This document shows positions 25,535 to 38,133 of a stretch of DNA of 64,000 nucleotides, in pieces. Positions within the stretch are counted from its first letter, which is position 1; each line of letters opens with the position of its first letter. The notes under the pieces were generated by a model that was not told where the DNA came from, did not search any database, and was given only the letters and a program-made list of their open reading frames with translations. The translations under genes were made by a program, and so were the position numbers. This DNA is from Octopus sinensis. Lineage: Eukaryota. The DNA is taken from positions 70,060,001-70,124,000 of the forward strand of contig NC_043002.1 of the NCBI RefSeq assembly GCF_006345805.1, given 5' to 3'.

Positions 25535-25988
25535 CTTTTTTCGATTCGATTTATTATTATTATTACTAGTATTGTTGTTATACATACATACATACAAGCA
25601 TATGTAATGATAATAATAAGTGGATGTAAACACATGAACAAAATAAGAATAAAGAAAAACAACAACAGCAAAATCAAAATACAAATTACATGAACGTATA
25701 TAAACGGAAGATACAAATATTACAGGCATCCCCCGACATACACACACTAAATAAGCATAGACGCACATAGAGATATAAGCATGCGCAAATGAAGACATAC
25801 AATAGAAATACAAAATGGCTGACGGTTAGTAAGGAGAGACACAAATAAGAAAGAAGAAAACAAAGGACCACTGATGCGGTCACAGGAGTGTGACGAAAGA
25901 ACTCTGGCCGAAATAAGTTTAAGATTAATGTAAAAAATAAATAACACTGAAGCAAAATAACACTAAATATATAGTGCGTGTGTTTTTA
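25535..25988 (+). repeat. Right arm of the inverted repeat (inverted copy of the element's 3' end)
   Basis: Joined directly to the truncated 5' end of the ORF at about 25535. Confidence 0.9.
25865..25909 (+). ncRNA. Variant minimal type-I hammerhead-ribozyme-like motif (second copy 22701-22745, minus)
   Basis: ggacca-CTGATG-cg-GTCACA ggag TGTGAC-GAAA-gaac-TC-tggcc. Confidence 0.5.
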
Positions 25989-26046
25989 ATAGTTCACAGG
26001 TATATTCGCTATACACATACATTTACGTACATATATATATATAATC

Positions 26047-26776
26047 AGAAATATTGAATTTCTAAATCTCTCGTAGAGACATGTACGGTGGTGGGGCGAT
26101 AGAATGGTTGTATACTGTCAATCTAACAAGAACGTGACAGTAGGGGGTACACCACCGCTGTATAGCCCTAGGAAGCATCGAACGCCTCCTGATAGCTTTG
26201 ACACATTTTTCCCTGTGTCCTTATATACATATACGAAGGGGAGACAAACACCCCCGACTGCCGGAACTGCATCTAGGGACACCGTGTTTCAGGATCGTTG
26301 TCCTTCATCGGCCTAGAGTAGCAGACACCGGTCAGCTGGTGATATTTGCCTCGACTTCGTAATTCTATATATCTATATTCAGTGAAGTTTATTTACTGAT
26401 TATCAAAATAAGAAATATTGAATTTCTAAATCTCTCGTAGAGACATGTACGGTGGTGGGGCGATAGAATGGTTGTATACTGTCAATCTAACAAGAACGTG
26501 ACTGTAGGGGGTACACCACCGCTGTATAGCCCTAGGAAGCATCGAACGCCTCCTGATAGCTTTGACACATTTTTTTCCCAACGTGACAGTAGGGGGTACA
26601 CCACCGCTGTATAGCCCTAGGAAGCATCGAACGCTTCCTGATAGCTTTGACACATTTTTTCCCTGTGAAAAAATGTGTCAAAGCTATCAGGAGGCGTTCG
26701 ATGCTTCCTAGGGCTATACAGCGGTGGTGTACCCCCTACTGTCACGTTCTTGTTAGATTGACAGTATACAACCATT
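26047..26776. repeat. Three direct copies plus one inverted copy of a ~90-170-bp unit (probable Penelope-type tail)
   Basis: Direct copies 26047-26213, 26411-26579, ~26580-26667; inverted copy 26668-26776. Confidence 0.85.
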
Positions 26777-26884
26777 ATATATAATCGTTGTCCCGCTAAC
26801 CCTAAACATGAAGAGCACTTTTTTGATGAGCACAAATCCCAACCATTTATACACGTATTCGTATATATATATACATACCTACAT

Positions 26885-26995
<111 letters not shown>

Positions 26996-27127
26996 CTATA
27001 TATATATATATATGTACATATATATATATATATATGTACATATATATATATATATATCTGACGTGAATTTGCTACCCAGGTATCGGTTAACCGAATTATC
27101 CATAATAAGATAATTCATTCAACTACT

Positions 27128-27189
<62 letters not shown>

Positions 27190-27249
27190 GTACATATATA
27201 TATATATGTCCTATTCCACAGATTTTTTCTATATTCCTACAGATTGATT

Positions 27250-27295
27250 ACCATTATTATTATTAGTGTTATTATTATTATCATTATTATTATTA

Positions 27296-27356
<61 letters not shown>

Positions 27357-27378
27357 ATTGTTGTTGTTATTATTATTA

Positions 27379-27412
<34 letters not shown>

Positions 27413-27459
27413 ATTGTTGTTGTTATTATTATTATTATTATTATCTTTATAATTGTTGC

Positions 27460-27505
<46 letters not shown>

Positions 27506-27535
27506 GTCGTCGTTGTTGTTGTTGTTGTTATTGAT
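27250..27535. repeat. (TTA)n microsatellite
   Basis: Direct reading. Confidence 0.95.
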
Positions 27536-27539
27536 ATTA

Positions 27540-27710
27540 GCTCGCACTCTCCTGTGAAGTATCATATTTATTACATCCTGTTGGCTACATTTGAAGTCCT
27601 TTCTATGTTCTATCGATCTCGCCAGATCCTCCTTTGTAAAAATTTTTTTTTTGTTCTTCAGACTCTGGGGTTGGGGTTCTTTGGTCTTTATGGAATGGTA
27701 ACATTTAAAT
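27540..27710 (-). pseudogene. Decayed R4/Dong-type ORF fragment
   Basis: Minus-strand frames give PTPESEEQKK / RRIWRD / SIEHRKD, resembling the region upstream of R4/Dong RT; adjoins a (TTA)n tract. Confidence 0.4.
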
Positions 27711-27759
27711 ACTGAAAGGGAGGATAATAATAAAATAATGAAAATTAAGCCGGAAATGA

Positions 27760-27934
27760 TGGTGGTGCAGGTGGTGAAGGTAGTGGTGGAGGTGGTGGAG
27801 AGGTGGTGGAGGTGATGGTTGTTGTTGTGGTGTTGGTTGTGATGGTAGTAGCGGTTTTTTGATAGTAGTGTTGATGGTGGTGATGATGAAGATTATGATG
27901 ATGATGAAGATGATGATGATGGTGGTGGTGGTGG

Positions 27935-27965
<31 letters not shown>

Positions 27966-28156
27966 AATGATGATGATATTGAAAATGATGGTGATGATGA
28001 TGTAGAGACCCAGACCAGCTATAATTAAGCAAATCGATTAAGCAAATCATTTTTCCCCCTATTTCCAAGGAACCCCGGGAAACTCTAAGTCATGCTACCC
28101 CTTGGAGTCTTCCTCGGAGGATTGTAGTGCTGGTAGTTGTCATGACGATAACGTTC

Positions 28157-28192
<36 letters not shown>

Positions 28193-28947
28193 GTGATAGT
28201 GGTGGTTGGGGTGATGATGGTAGTGATGATGACGATGACGATGGTGATGATGTGAATGAATGGCGATGATTGTGCTGTTGTTAATGTGGGCTTCGATGAT
28301 AATAATGATATCGAATAAAAATGATGATGACGTCGACGACGATCATGATGATGAAGATGATGGTGATAATTGTGATGACACTGCTGATGAAAATGGATGT
28401 TGTTGCTGTTAGTGGAGATACTGAAGACATTCAGAAAATAGTGGCGCTGCTAGTGGTGGTAGTGGTAATTACTCTAATGGTAGAGTTTTGCTGAAGATGA
28501 TGATGATGATGATGATGATATGATGATGATGATGATGATGATGATAATAACAACGACGACAATGACTATGATTGCGATCATGGCGATGATGATGAAGACG
28601 GTGATGATCATGATGATGATCATGATGAGGATGATGATGATCTTGAAAGTGATATTATTATCATCATTATTGTTATCGTTGTTGTTGTTACTGATGATCA
28701 TGATGACGATGATGATATTGATGATGATGGCGACGCCGACAAGGGCAATGATGGCAATGGCAGTAATGATAGTGAAGAAGACGATGATGATGATGGTGAT
28801 GATGATGTTGCTGTTACTGCTGGTGATGAAGAAGGTAATTATAAAGGTGCTTCTGCTGCTGCTGATGATAATGAAAGCAGCGGTGATAATGACAAAGTTG
28901 ACTACGACGACGGCGACAATTATGATGACGAAGATGGTGGCTATATT

Positions 28948-28987
<40 letters not shown>

Positions 28988-29222
28988 CTATGAGGATTAT
29001 AGTCGCTTGTGGTGGTGATAATGAGGACAACATCGATGACAACAATAGCAATTATGAGCATGGTAATTGATCAGAAAACATTATTTCTCATTAAGGCCAC
29101 GTTGACAGGAAACAAATATAACAAAGCAAGGCAAGGCAATATCACTATTAACAAGAACCACCACCACACCACCACCACCCACCACCACCACCACCACCAC
29201 CACCACCACCACCAACACCAAC

Positions 29223-29254
<32 letters not shown>

Positions 29255-29275
29255 CAAATAATAATAATAATAATG

Positions 29276-29340
<65 letters not shown>

Positions 29341-29545
29341 AATGATGATAATAACGATGAGGATGATGATGATGACGACGACGACCATGACATCTGTGGT
29401 GATGATGATGGCAATGATAATGATGAAGGCGACATTGATGATGGTGATGAAGAAGAGGTGGAGGACGACGACAAGAACGAGGAAGATGAAGATGGTGGCG
29501 ACGGCGATGACGATGAGAGCAATGAAGATGACCATGATAAAAAAT
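27760..29545. repeat. (GGT/GAT)n ... (CAC)/(TAA)/(GAT)n low-complexity block
   Basis: Direct reading. Confidence 0.9.
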
Positions 29546-29748
29546 TCATGATGTTGACTAAAACATATTTGAAGACAGGCGTGTAGTCAATGTAATCGTT
29601 CCAAACGCTCGTCCTCAGCAGCGATTGAAACTGAAAAAAAAAAAAATGTAAATTATATAAAAATAAGCAGCGTACCAATAATACTAGAATACTTTTAAAC
29701 CCGGCACACCACATTTTGTGCAATCTAAGTAAAAGCAACAACGATAAT

Positions 29749-29958
29749 GTTTTCAAAATCTGGCATCAAACCAGCAGTTTCGAGTAAGGGATTTAAGTCG
29801 ATTACATCGACCTCAGCTCTCAACAGGTACGTATTTTATCAATCCTGAGAGGATGGAATGCAGAGTCGACCTTGGCGGAATTTGAACTCAGAACGTCTAG
29901 AAGGACGAAATGCCGCTAAGCATTTGCCCAGCGTGCTTACAGTTCTGTTAACTTGCTG
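29749..29958 (-). mobile_element. SINE family A
   Basis: gagtcgaccttggcggaatttgaactcagaacgt. Confidence 0.75.
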
Positions 29959-29961
29959 AGA

Positions 29962-30486
29962 TAGTGGCTTTCATGGTGTCTGATATTAACTGATTGGAAG
30001 TTTTATCAATGCTCTGATACAGTGCCAGGCAGTGGTTCTCGGCTTCCCATCTTAACTGATTGGAAGTTATCATATACATGTTTTGTCTTGGTATAAATGG
30101 TGGGCTACAGCAAATATTCTGTTCAATGCAACAGATTTGCTTGTCAGTTATTTGACCATAACCAGCTGAGCATGTCCCTTAGTGGCTGACAATATGTGCA
30201 TCTCTGATCACGAGCAGAAGTAGTGGGGGAGCATCATAGCCATGTGTTGAGAAGAATTCTTTGGAGTTTGAATAATTCGCCTCTGGAAAATGGGTGTTTC
30301 GTTCTTCATCCCAAAACAGACCTTATTCAGGCACCTTTCGACCGAGATGGGCTATTCGACGTAAGGAAAATTCTAACTGGGCCCTACTTGCAAGGTCATG
30401 CGCTGTTTATCTTGATATGGGATCATTATGCATGTGCCTAGTGCACCCTTATCAGATAGGTAGTCATTATGAGTATACTGGACTTC
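29962..30486 (+). mobile_element. ~550-bp non-coding element, diverged and 3'-truncated
   Basis: Colinear with 14451-15006; short duplicated 5' piece at 29962-30000. Confidence 0.8.
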
Positions 30487-31071
30487 AGTAGTTGACTGAT
30501 GTTTGATGAAAATGATAAGAAATGTCCCGATTTTACCCTTCGAAAAGGCATAACTGAACATGGGAGGAGTTTTATTACTGTACATTAATATTTTACAGTG
30601 AAAATTTATCGCGAACAAAATTACGGTAATATATGCATCTAAAATTTGAAGGGAAAATAAGGAGAATCTACTTGTATCTCTGGACTCTAACTGACAAGCT
30701 TACTTTATAAAACTCTCTAAGAACTAAAAAAGTATATCAGGAAATGAAATAAAACGTTTAAAGAAAGACTACATCACCAAAAATATTAGCAACAAAGCAA
30801 AACAACTAATAAAAATATAATAATATTGAGAGCGTAAACCACAAATGAGAAAATTGACACGAAGTAAGTAAAAACAAGAACAAGCGAAATTTAAAGCCAG
30901 AATACTTATAGAACAAAAAGCAAACCAGAAGAATACAAACAAAAATATAAATAAATAGGAAAATGAGGAAGATTTAAGATAGGTAATTCTAAAGGTGGAA
31001 ATTACGACCACTACAGTCGAAATTTGGAAATAATTTTAAAATTACAAACTGTAGAAACTCTTCCCGCAGAT

Positions 31072-31503
31072 CATTGGTTCTCAAACGTCGTCCATATGAC
31101 TCCTGGAAACTCATATACAATTTTAGGAGGTCCATACCAGCTAAATAGTAAATAGTATATTAAGAGAGCATAAAACAGAAGTTTGCTTTAGGGGTATTTA
31201 TTGCAAGAAACATCTAGATTTTTTTCTCTAACGTTTTACTTACTCTTTTACTCTTTTACTTGTTTCAGTTATTTGACTGCGGCCATGCTGGAGCACCGCA
31301 TTTAGTCGTGCAAATCGACCCCAGGACTTATTCTTTGTAAGCCTAGTACTTATTCTATCGGTCTCTTTTGCCGAACCGCTAAGATGCGGGGACGTAAACA
31401 CACTAGCATCTGTTGTCAAGCGATTTTGGGGGGGACAAACACAGACACACAAACATATATATACACACACGCACACACACACACACACACACACACCACA
31501 CAC

Positions 31504-31550
<47 letters not shown>

Positions 31551-31889
31551 ACATATATATACATATATACGACGGGCTTCTTTCAGTTTCCGTCTACCAA
31601 ATCCACTCACAAGGCTTTGGTCGGCCCTAGGTTATAGTAGAAGACACTTGCCCAAGGTGCCACGCAGTGGGACTGAACCTGTAACCATGTGGCTGGAACC
31701 AAGTTACTTACCACACAGCCACTCCTACTTAGTTCAAACTAAACAAGTTAATGTGAGAAAAACAAAATAGAAATTTTGAATGAAGTATCTATAAAACTAG
31801 GTTTTGAAGATCGGGTGGCTACAGAGATCCACCAGAATGAAATAGTTACCAAAAGCAGTTCATAGGTGAAAAATGTTTGAGAACCACTG
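31072..31889. mobile_element. hAT-type MITE with nested SINE
   Basis: TIR cattggttctcaaac / gtttgagaaccactg; flanks ccgcagat / ctgtagac (possible decayed 8-bp TSD). Confidence 0.6.
31241..31727 (-). mobile_element. SINE family B, near full length
   Basis: Both modules plus internal (CA)n(TA)n. Confidence 0.85.
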
Positions 31890-31989
31890 CTGTAGACCTA
31901 CAAAAGAACCTGTCAGGTATAAAACTGCAACAATTAAAAAGAAAAGAAAAACAAACTATCTCAGACCTAATTAAAAGAAACATATAACA

Positions 31990-32390
31990 TTAGTATCTCC
32001 AGTGTAAATAAAACAAAGAATCTGACAAAAATATAATAGAGAGCAATGTCGCACCAATAACAGGAAAAGTAGGAGAATTTTGAGGAGGAGAAGTATTGGT
32101 AACGAAGGAATAAATTCGTACAAAATTGCTCAGAACAATAAAGAGAGGAATTTGAACACTCGTAAGAGGCAATAAATATAGAAGAAACTGGAATAGTGCA
32201 AAAGACACACAACTAGAAGGCATCTGGACATAATTGTATTCCAAACTTCTGTTTCAAGTATTTAACAGAGATACAATGTTGCTAATAGAGAAATTTAACG
32301 AGATATTGAAAGAGGCCGGCGACAACATTTGAGCTGTTAACGAAGAACAAAAGAAAACCGTCTCAATTCTTAAGGCTAAGTAAACAATGA
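31990..32390 (+). pseudogene. Decayed R4/Dong RT N-terminal fragment
   Basis: INIEETGIVQKTHN*KASGHNCIPNFCFKYLT resembles ...HNWKAPG.D.IPNFWLK.L. Confidence 0.6.
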
Positions 32391-32644
32391 ATCTTAAGAC
32401 TACCGATTCATAAGCTGCCTCTCTATAATCTGTCTATAATCATGTCATATAATTGCAACAATATGGCATAGGAGAGAAGCTGTAAAAATAAGTGTGATTG
32501 TAAATATCAATTATCAGTGAATGAAACCATAACCGAAGAATCCAGAAGGAGAAATACGGGTCAGAGTATGGCATGGATATCCTCCTCCTCCTCCTCCTCC
32601 TCCTCCTCCACACCATCATCATCATCACCATCACCATTATCATC

Positions 32645-32910
32645 ATCCCGTGAATATTACTGTTTTGAGTCTTAGGAGTCCTAGAAACCGCCTACCAGGT
32701 TTCCATGGCGCAGAGGTGACCAAGATCACAGCATTTTCAGTGAAAGGAACACCAGTCCGTTGCAGGGTTATTGATTTACAGTTGAGTGAAATGGAGCAAC
32801 GTGAAATGAAGTGTTTTTCGAAAGAATACAACACACCTCTCGACCCAGGATTCGAAACAACTATCTTGCGATTGTGAGTGCAACATTCTAACCACTCGAC
32901 CACGCATTGA
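32645..32910 (-). mobile_element. Old tRNA-headed SINE related to 34117-34465
   Basis: gagcaacgtgaaatgaagtgt...caggattcgaaac...aaccact shared. Confidence 0.55.
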
Positions 32911-32948
32911 TAAAATATCGGAAAATTTTCGACAGTATTTCCAATAGA

Positions 32949-33108
32949 TAGGTGCAGGAGTAGCTGTATGGTAAGTAGCTTACTAACCAACCACATGGTT
33001 CCAGGTTCAGCCCCACTGTGTGGCACCTTGGGCAAGTATCTTCTACTATAGCCTCGAGCCGACCAAAGCCTTGTGAGTGGATTTGGTAGACGGAAACTGA
33101 AAGAATCC

Positions 33109-33148
<40 letters not shown>

Positions 33149-33375
33149 GTATATGTATATGTTTGTGTGTCTGTGTTTGTCCCCCCAACATCGCTTGACA
33201 TTGATGCTGGTGTGTTTTCGTCCCAGTAACTTAGCAGTTCGGCAAGAGAGACCGATAGAATAAATACTAGGCTTACAAAAAATAAGTCCTGGGGTCGATT
33301 TGCTCCATTAAAGGCGGCGCTCCAGCATGGCCGCAGTCAAATGACTGAAACAAATGAAGGAATAAAAGAATAAAG
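32949..33375 (+). mobile_element. SINE family B
   Basis: Head ...ccacatggttccaggttcagccccactgtgtggcaccttgggcaag; internal (TA)n; 3' module. Confidence 0.85.
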
Positions 33376-34116
33376 ATAGATCCAGGAAAAACTAATCTTG
33401 CATAACATGGCACCAGTAATAAGCTGTCGACTTGAAATCACAATGCATTCCGCACTTTCCAAAAGCATTACTCTTCCAGCGATATCAACCAGCATTAATG
33501 CTAGCACGGAATGTTCGGTTTCTTTTGGCCAACTCTGTATCCTGTTTTTCCTGCAATGTGGCTTTCAGCTATACACCAAACCTTGTGCAGTTTTGCGATC
33601 AGCTTTGATCTTTTATTTCATATGAGCCTGTCATATCCATGATAAAGCGTTTCCTGTTTTTCTCTTCTGTTTGCGATTATATTATATTACATTATATTAT
33701 ATATCACATATTATATTATGTTATATTATATATTATATTATATTATATTATATAATATCTGTATGCAGTTTTGCGAAACAAAAATAAAGAGTACTCTACA
33801 CGTTAAGTAGATTAAATATTTAATATTATAGTTAAAGTGGATTACTTTTCTGCTGGAACGAACAACAATTTTCTGATTGTATTCATATACAAACTTTAAA
33901 CAAAGGAAACTTTGAAATGACGACGGTTTTCATGCTAGTGTTCAATAGCACGAGTCGACGGGCTGCAAACTTGCGATTTGCGTCGTTTACGACCAGAGAG
34001 AAACTGCAAGTAAAGAACTAAACTAAATACTATAAAAAATATCGCTTTAGCTACTTTCCTCTTTGGTATATTCCACAGATCTAATTGAAAATAAATGTCT
34101 ATATACAAGGACGAGT

Positions 34117-34465
34117 CTGAGATCTGAGACCCCCCTCCGGTCACGACACAGACCATGGGATTGCACCTAGAAAGTTACCCTCCCAGGTACAAGTCCGGGC
34201 AAGGTTGTTTATGGAAGACAAGCAGTCGCCCATGCATACCGGTCTCACCTCCTCACGCCACCAGTGCTATCCATGGGAAAGGCAACGGCAGATACAGCTT
34301 GGCACCTGTGACATCGCAACTCATTTCTACAGATGAGTTAACTTGGAGCAACGTGAAATAAAGTGTCTTGCTCAAGAACACAACATGCAGCCCGGTCCGG
34401 GATTCGAGCTCACAACCGCACGATCGTTAGCTCGACGCTTTAACCACTGAGCCATACGCCTTCAC
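34117..34465 (-). mobile_element. tRNA-headed SINE with 12-bp TSD
   Basis: acaaggacgagt at 34105-34116 and 34466-34477; A/B-box-like tggctcagtggttaa and ctcgaatccc on the minus strand. Confidence 0.85.
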
Positions 34466-34940
34466 ACAAGGACGAGTAACATAGTACTAATCCACATTCC
34501 CAGCGGTAAACAGCTTTCTGTTTACTATGATTTCCATCTCCATTGTTGCCTGAAGTCAAATGTTAAGACAAGTTCTGTTACAAAGCACATCAGTGAAGGT
34601 GCATAACCTAGTGGTTAGATTGTTGCCCTCACGATCGCAAGATTGTGGTTTCAATTCTCAGACCGCGTAGTGCAGTGTGTTCTTGAGCAAAACACTTCGT
34701 TTACGTTGCTCTGCGACCACTTTGACATCTGACGTGTGGCAGGTCGTGCATTTGTTAAGCAACATCGGTTTGATGAAAGGAGTGAAGTAATGTACAGCAG
34801 AAACGTTTGATCACTATGAACAAATCATCACCTGGTAGCAAGTATCGTAGAACCTTCATCCATCGAATTGTTGAATGACCTCCTATTAATTTTCCTTTAA
34901 TTTTCCGAGAGCGAATAAAGTATCAGTAATATACTGGCTA

Positions 34941-35163
34941 AAAGGCGGCAAGTTGGCAGAATCGTTAGCGCACCGGGCAAAAGGTTTTGCGGCATTTCGT
35001 CTGTCTTTATGTTCTGAGTTCAAATTCCACCAAAGTCGTCTTTGCTTTTCATCCTTTCGGGGTTGATAAAATAAGTACCAGTTGAGTACTGGGCGGGGGA
35101 TGCAATCAACCTACCTCCGCTCCCGAAATTGCTGGCCTTGTGCCTGAATTTGAAATCAATATT
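34941..35163 (+). mobile_element. SINE family A
   Basis: ggcggcaagttggcagaatcgttagc...gagttcaaattcc. Confidence 0.85.
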
Positions 35164-35206
35164 TCAATCAGAAAAACCATATTTTCTGCTTTGTATTATT
35201 TTAGTT

Positions 35207-35603
35207 CGCAGGAGTGGCTGTGTGGTAAGTAGTTTGCTAACCAACCACATGTTTCCAGGTTCAGTCCCACTGCGTAGCGCCTTGGTCAGGTGTCTTCTAC
35301 TATAACCTCGGGTCGACCAAAGCCTTGTGAATGGATTTGGTAGACGGAAACTGAAAGAAGCCCGTCGTATATATATATATATATTTATATGTGTGTATAT
35401 GTTTGTGTGTATGTCCCCCAACATCGCTTGACATTGATACTGGTCTGCTTACGTCCCTGTAACTTAGCGGTTCGGCATAAGAGATCGATAGAATAAGTAC
35501 TAGGTTTACAAAGAATAAGTACTGGGGTCCATTTGCTCGACTAAAGGCGGTGCTCCAGCATAGTCGCAGTCAAAATGACTGAAACGAATAAACGAATAAA
35601 AAG
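35207..35603 (+). mobile_element. SINE family B
   Basis: Both modules with internal (TA)n. Confidence 0.85.
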
Positions 35604-36009
35604 ATACATTTATGTTCTGAATTCAACTCATACCGTGCTCGACATTACCTTCCTTTTCCAGGGGGCGTTGAAATAAGTATGAGTCATTTATGTATGTTGA
35701 TTTAATCGACAATATCCCCCCTGCAATTTAAACCTTGTGCTGTCATTGTAAAGAATCCTTATTAGATCAACCACAAAATGGTGCACTAAATAAACTACAT
35801 GTTTTTATGTCATCTCTTTTGATAGTGAACTTAACTTCGGTTGACGCTGATTTTTACCTGTTTTAGCTAATTTCATTACAAGTAATGAACAGCGCGTGAT
35901 TCTATTGAATTATGTAAAAGCCAGGATAATACAATGATAACTAGCTGATGAGTTATCAACTTAAACGCCATAGAAATTAGGTTAGGATCAACTCCAGTTG
36001 TTAACTTCC

Positions 36010-36320
36010 ATATCACCTACAAACACATCTCAACCTCTGCCCCACATACATCCTGTTGTTCCTCTCTGCCGCCTTTTCTGTTGTACTACACAGACCTCTG
36101 TTCATGGGAGCTGGCTGGTTTTGCATCATGTTTATCCATAGACTATCAATTAACCCCTGATCTTGTTATCAACCCATCCACGCCTTACATTGACCACTAT
36201 GATCTGTCCTCTCTTTCCAGAACGTTGGCTCCCTGGAAAAACTAGGAGGTACACTGGATAAATCTAAATGCACAACATTAGAGCTAATCGATGGGACACT
36301 CATGGCTTGAATGTCTTTGC
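36010..36320 (+). pseudogene. Possible ancient CR1/Jockey-type LINE 3' coding remnant
   Basis: LLYYTDLCSWELAG...DHYDLSSLSRTLAPW resembles FYRYY.G.CS.EL...SFFPRT..LWN. Confidence 0.4.
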
Positions 36321-36326
36321 TTATAA

Positions 36327-36618
36327 CAGGTGTTCCTAACCTTATTTTGTTTGTGGACCCTCTGAGAGCTATCTTGTCATCTGTGGACCCCATATATGCA
36401 CGTATAAATTATTGAAATAAAATATTTCTTTGTAGGTTAGTAAAAACTAAGACTGAAACAATTTCGTTATATTCATAACATAAATTCCAAATACAAATCT
36501 TGAAAATTTCAATAAATACAGGTACCTCTCCTAGTAGACAAAATTCATTTATGGACCCACAAATTTTTCACTCGTGGACCTCCGTAAAGCTTCTGTTGAC
36601 CCCGGTTGGGAACCCCTG
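36327..36618. mobile_element. hAT-type MITE
   Basis: TIR caggtgttcctaacc / ggttgggaacccctg; no clear TSD. Confidence 0.5.
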
Positions 36619-36869
36619 TGTATTTTTATGTGTATGTTCAATAAGGGCCGACAAAGGGCTAAGCGTCTACAGCAGCAAACGTATAGGGATAACGAAAACA
36701 ATAGAGAAAGTGTAGCGTGTCCAGAATACCGTACCATACTACATCATATGGAATAGAATTGCGTATGAGATGCATAGTATCATCCTGAATTTTGCAGAAG
36801 CATGATGAATATAAGACACAGGGTCATTGGATCGTGTTTTGTCATTTGACCGATCAAGTTTATATCATA

Positions 36870-37171
36870 CTAGCAGTATCGCCCGGCGTTGCTCGGGTTT
36901 GTAAGGGAAATAACTATATAAGCATTTTTAGAGAGTTACTTCCCTTATATAATAGCAAAAAATGCATTAAAAATGGGAAAAAATGATGGTAAATTTTTTT
37001 TTAAATCATAGACTCATCGTAGACGCACGCTAATACCCAGAAGGGCTCGATATGAATCACGACTATAAGATACCCGCTTTTGGTTAGACTGCACCGCAAA
37101 ATGTAGGAGTAGTTAGGAATCTAAATCGTAGGAGACAGACACTCACACAACTTCACTTTTATATATAAAGA
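36870..37171 (-). mobile_element. Non-autonomous Helitron (302 bp)
   Basis: Minus strand: A|TC start, subterminal hairpin cccgagcaacgccggg, CTAG|T end. Confidence 0.75.
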
Positions 37172-38085
37172 TATTTTCTAAGTCAGGGCTGATAGGGACT
37201 GTGCAACAAACAACAACAATAATAACAACTATCATTAAACTATCTTTTAATATTTTTTGTCACCTTTACTTTCTATTTTAGAGCACAGCATCTCCGCAGC
37301 ATACAGCCCCTTATTTCAGGAGCCATAGAACTTTCTTCCGTATGCGTGTATTTTTGACAAGTAATTATCTCCGAAAACTTTCAGTCTTGTTTTTAATTAC
37401 TCCAAAATTTCACGTTCATCAAACTTCGCTTATCCGTCTCCTCCCTCCCCAACCATACAGTTGAATATATTTCTTCTCTTCCTTTGAATATAATGATAAA
37501 GGTGATGTTCAGTAAACTTAATTAAGAACGATCCAAATGTTGGTGTAGATAATGAATATCGGAGTCATGTCTAGAAATACAATCGAAGTTTGCCTTTAAC
37601 CGAATACCTGACAACTTTACCTCTCACAAATGGAATTAGGTAGGAACCGTAACAAATTTACCAAATTCTTCAAATTCTCTAGAGTATCAATGGGTCTGTT
37701 TCTAATCATCAATTTAGAAACTGTTCGTGCTGTTTTCTGCATTTAAGATATTAGTTTTGGCTATTGGAGTTGTAGCTTATTAAAAGTGATCAATTATTTG
37801 GTGACTTCTCAGATTTGGTTTGTGTGAGGGAGTTGATCATTTGTCTTAAGTTTGACATTGATAATCATCTAAATTATACAGAAACGTGTTTACATTGGAA
37901 CAGTAATGTTGCCAGAGAAAGTAATTCATCAGAATAAATGCCTTACAATATATTAGTATTCTTTTTCCCTTTAGGATTCAGAGATCAAATAGAAGTAACA
38001 AGATTTAACATCGATTCAGGTTGGATAAAAAGCTGGACACATCCTTCCTCTACAAAATTAAGTTTGTGTTTAATGAATAATTCAC

Positions 38086-38133
<48 letters not shown>

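Noticed and set aside
26047-26776. CRISPR-like repeat-spacer array
   Set aside because: Eukaryotic context, long irregular units, no unique equal-length spacers and no cas genes.
37440-37950. Possible ancient Penelope linker (IPFVRG...) on the minus strand
   Set aside because: Single short motif amid many stops; cannot be supported by eye.
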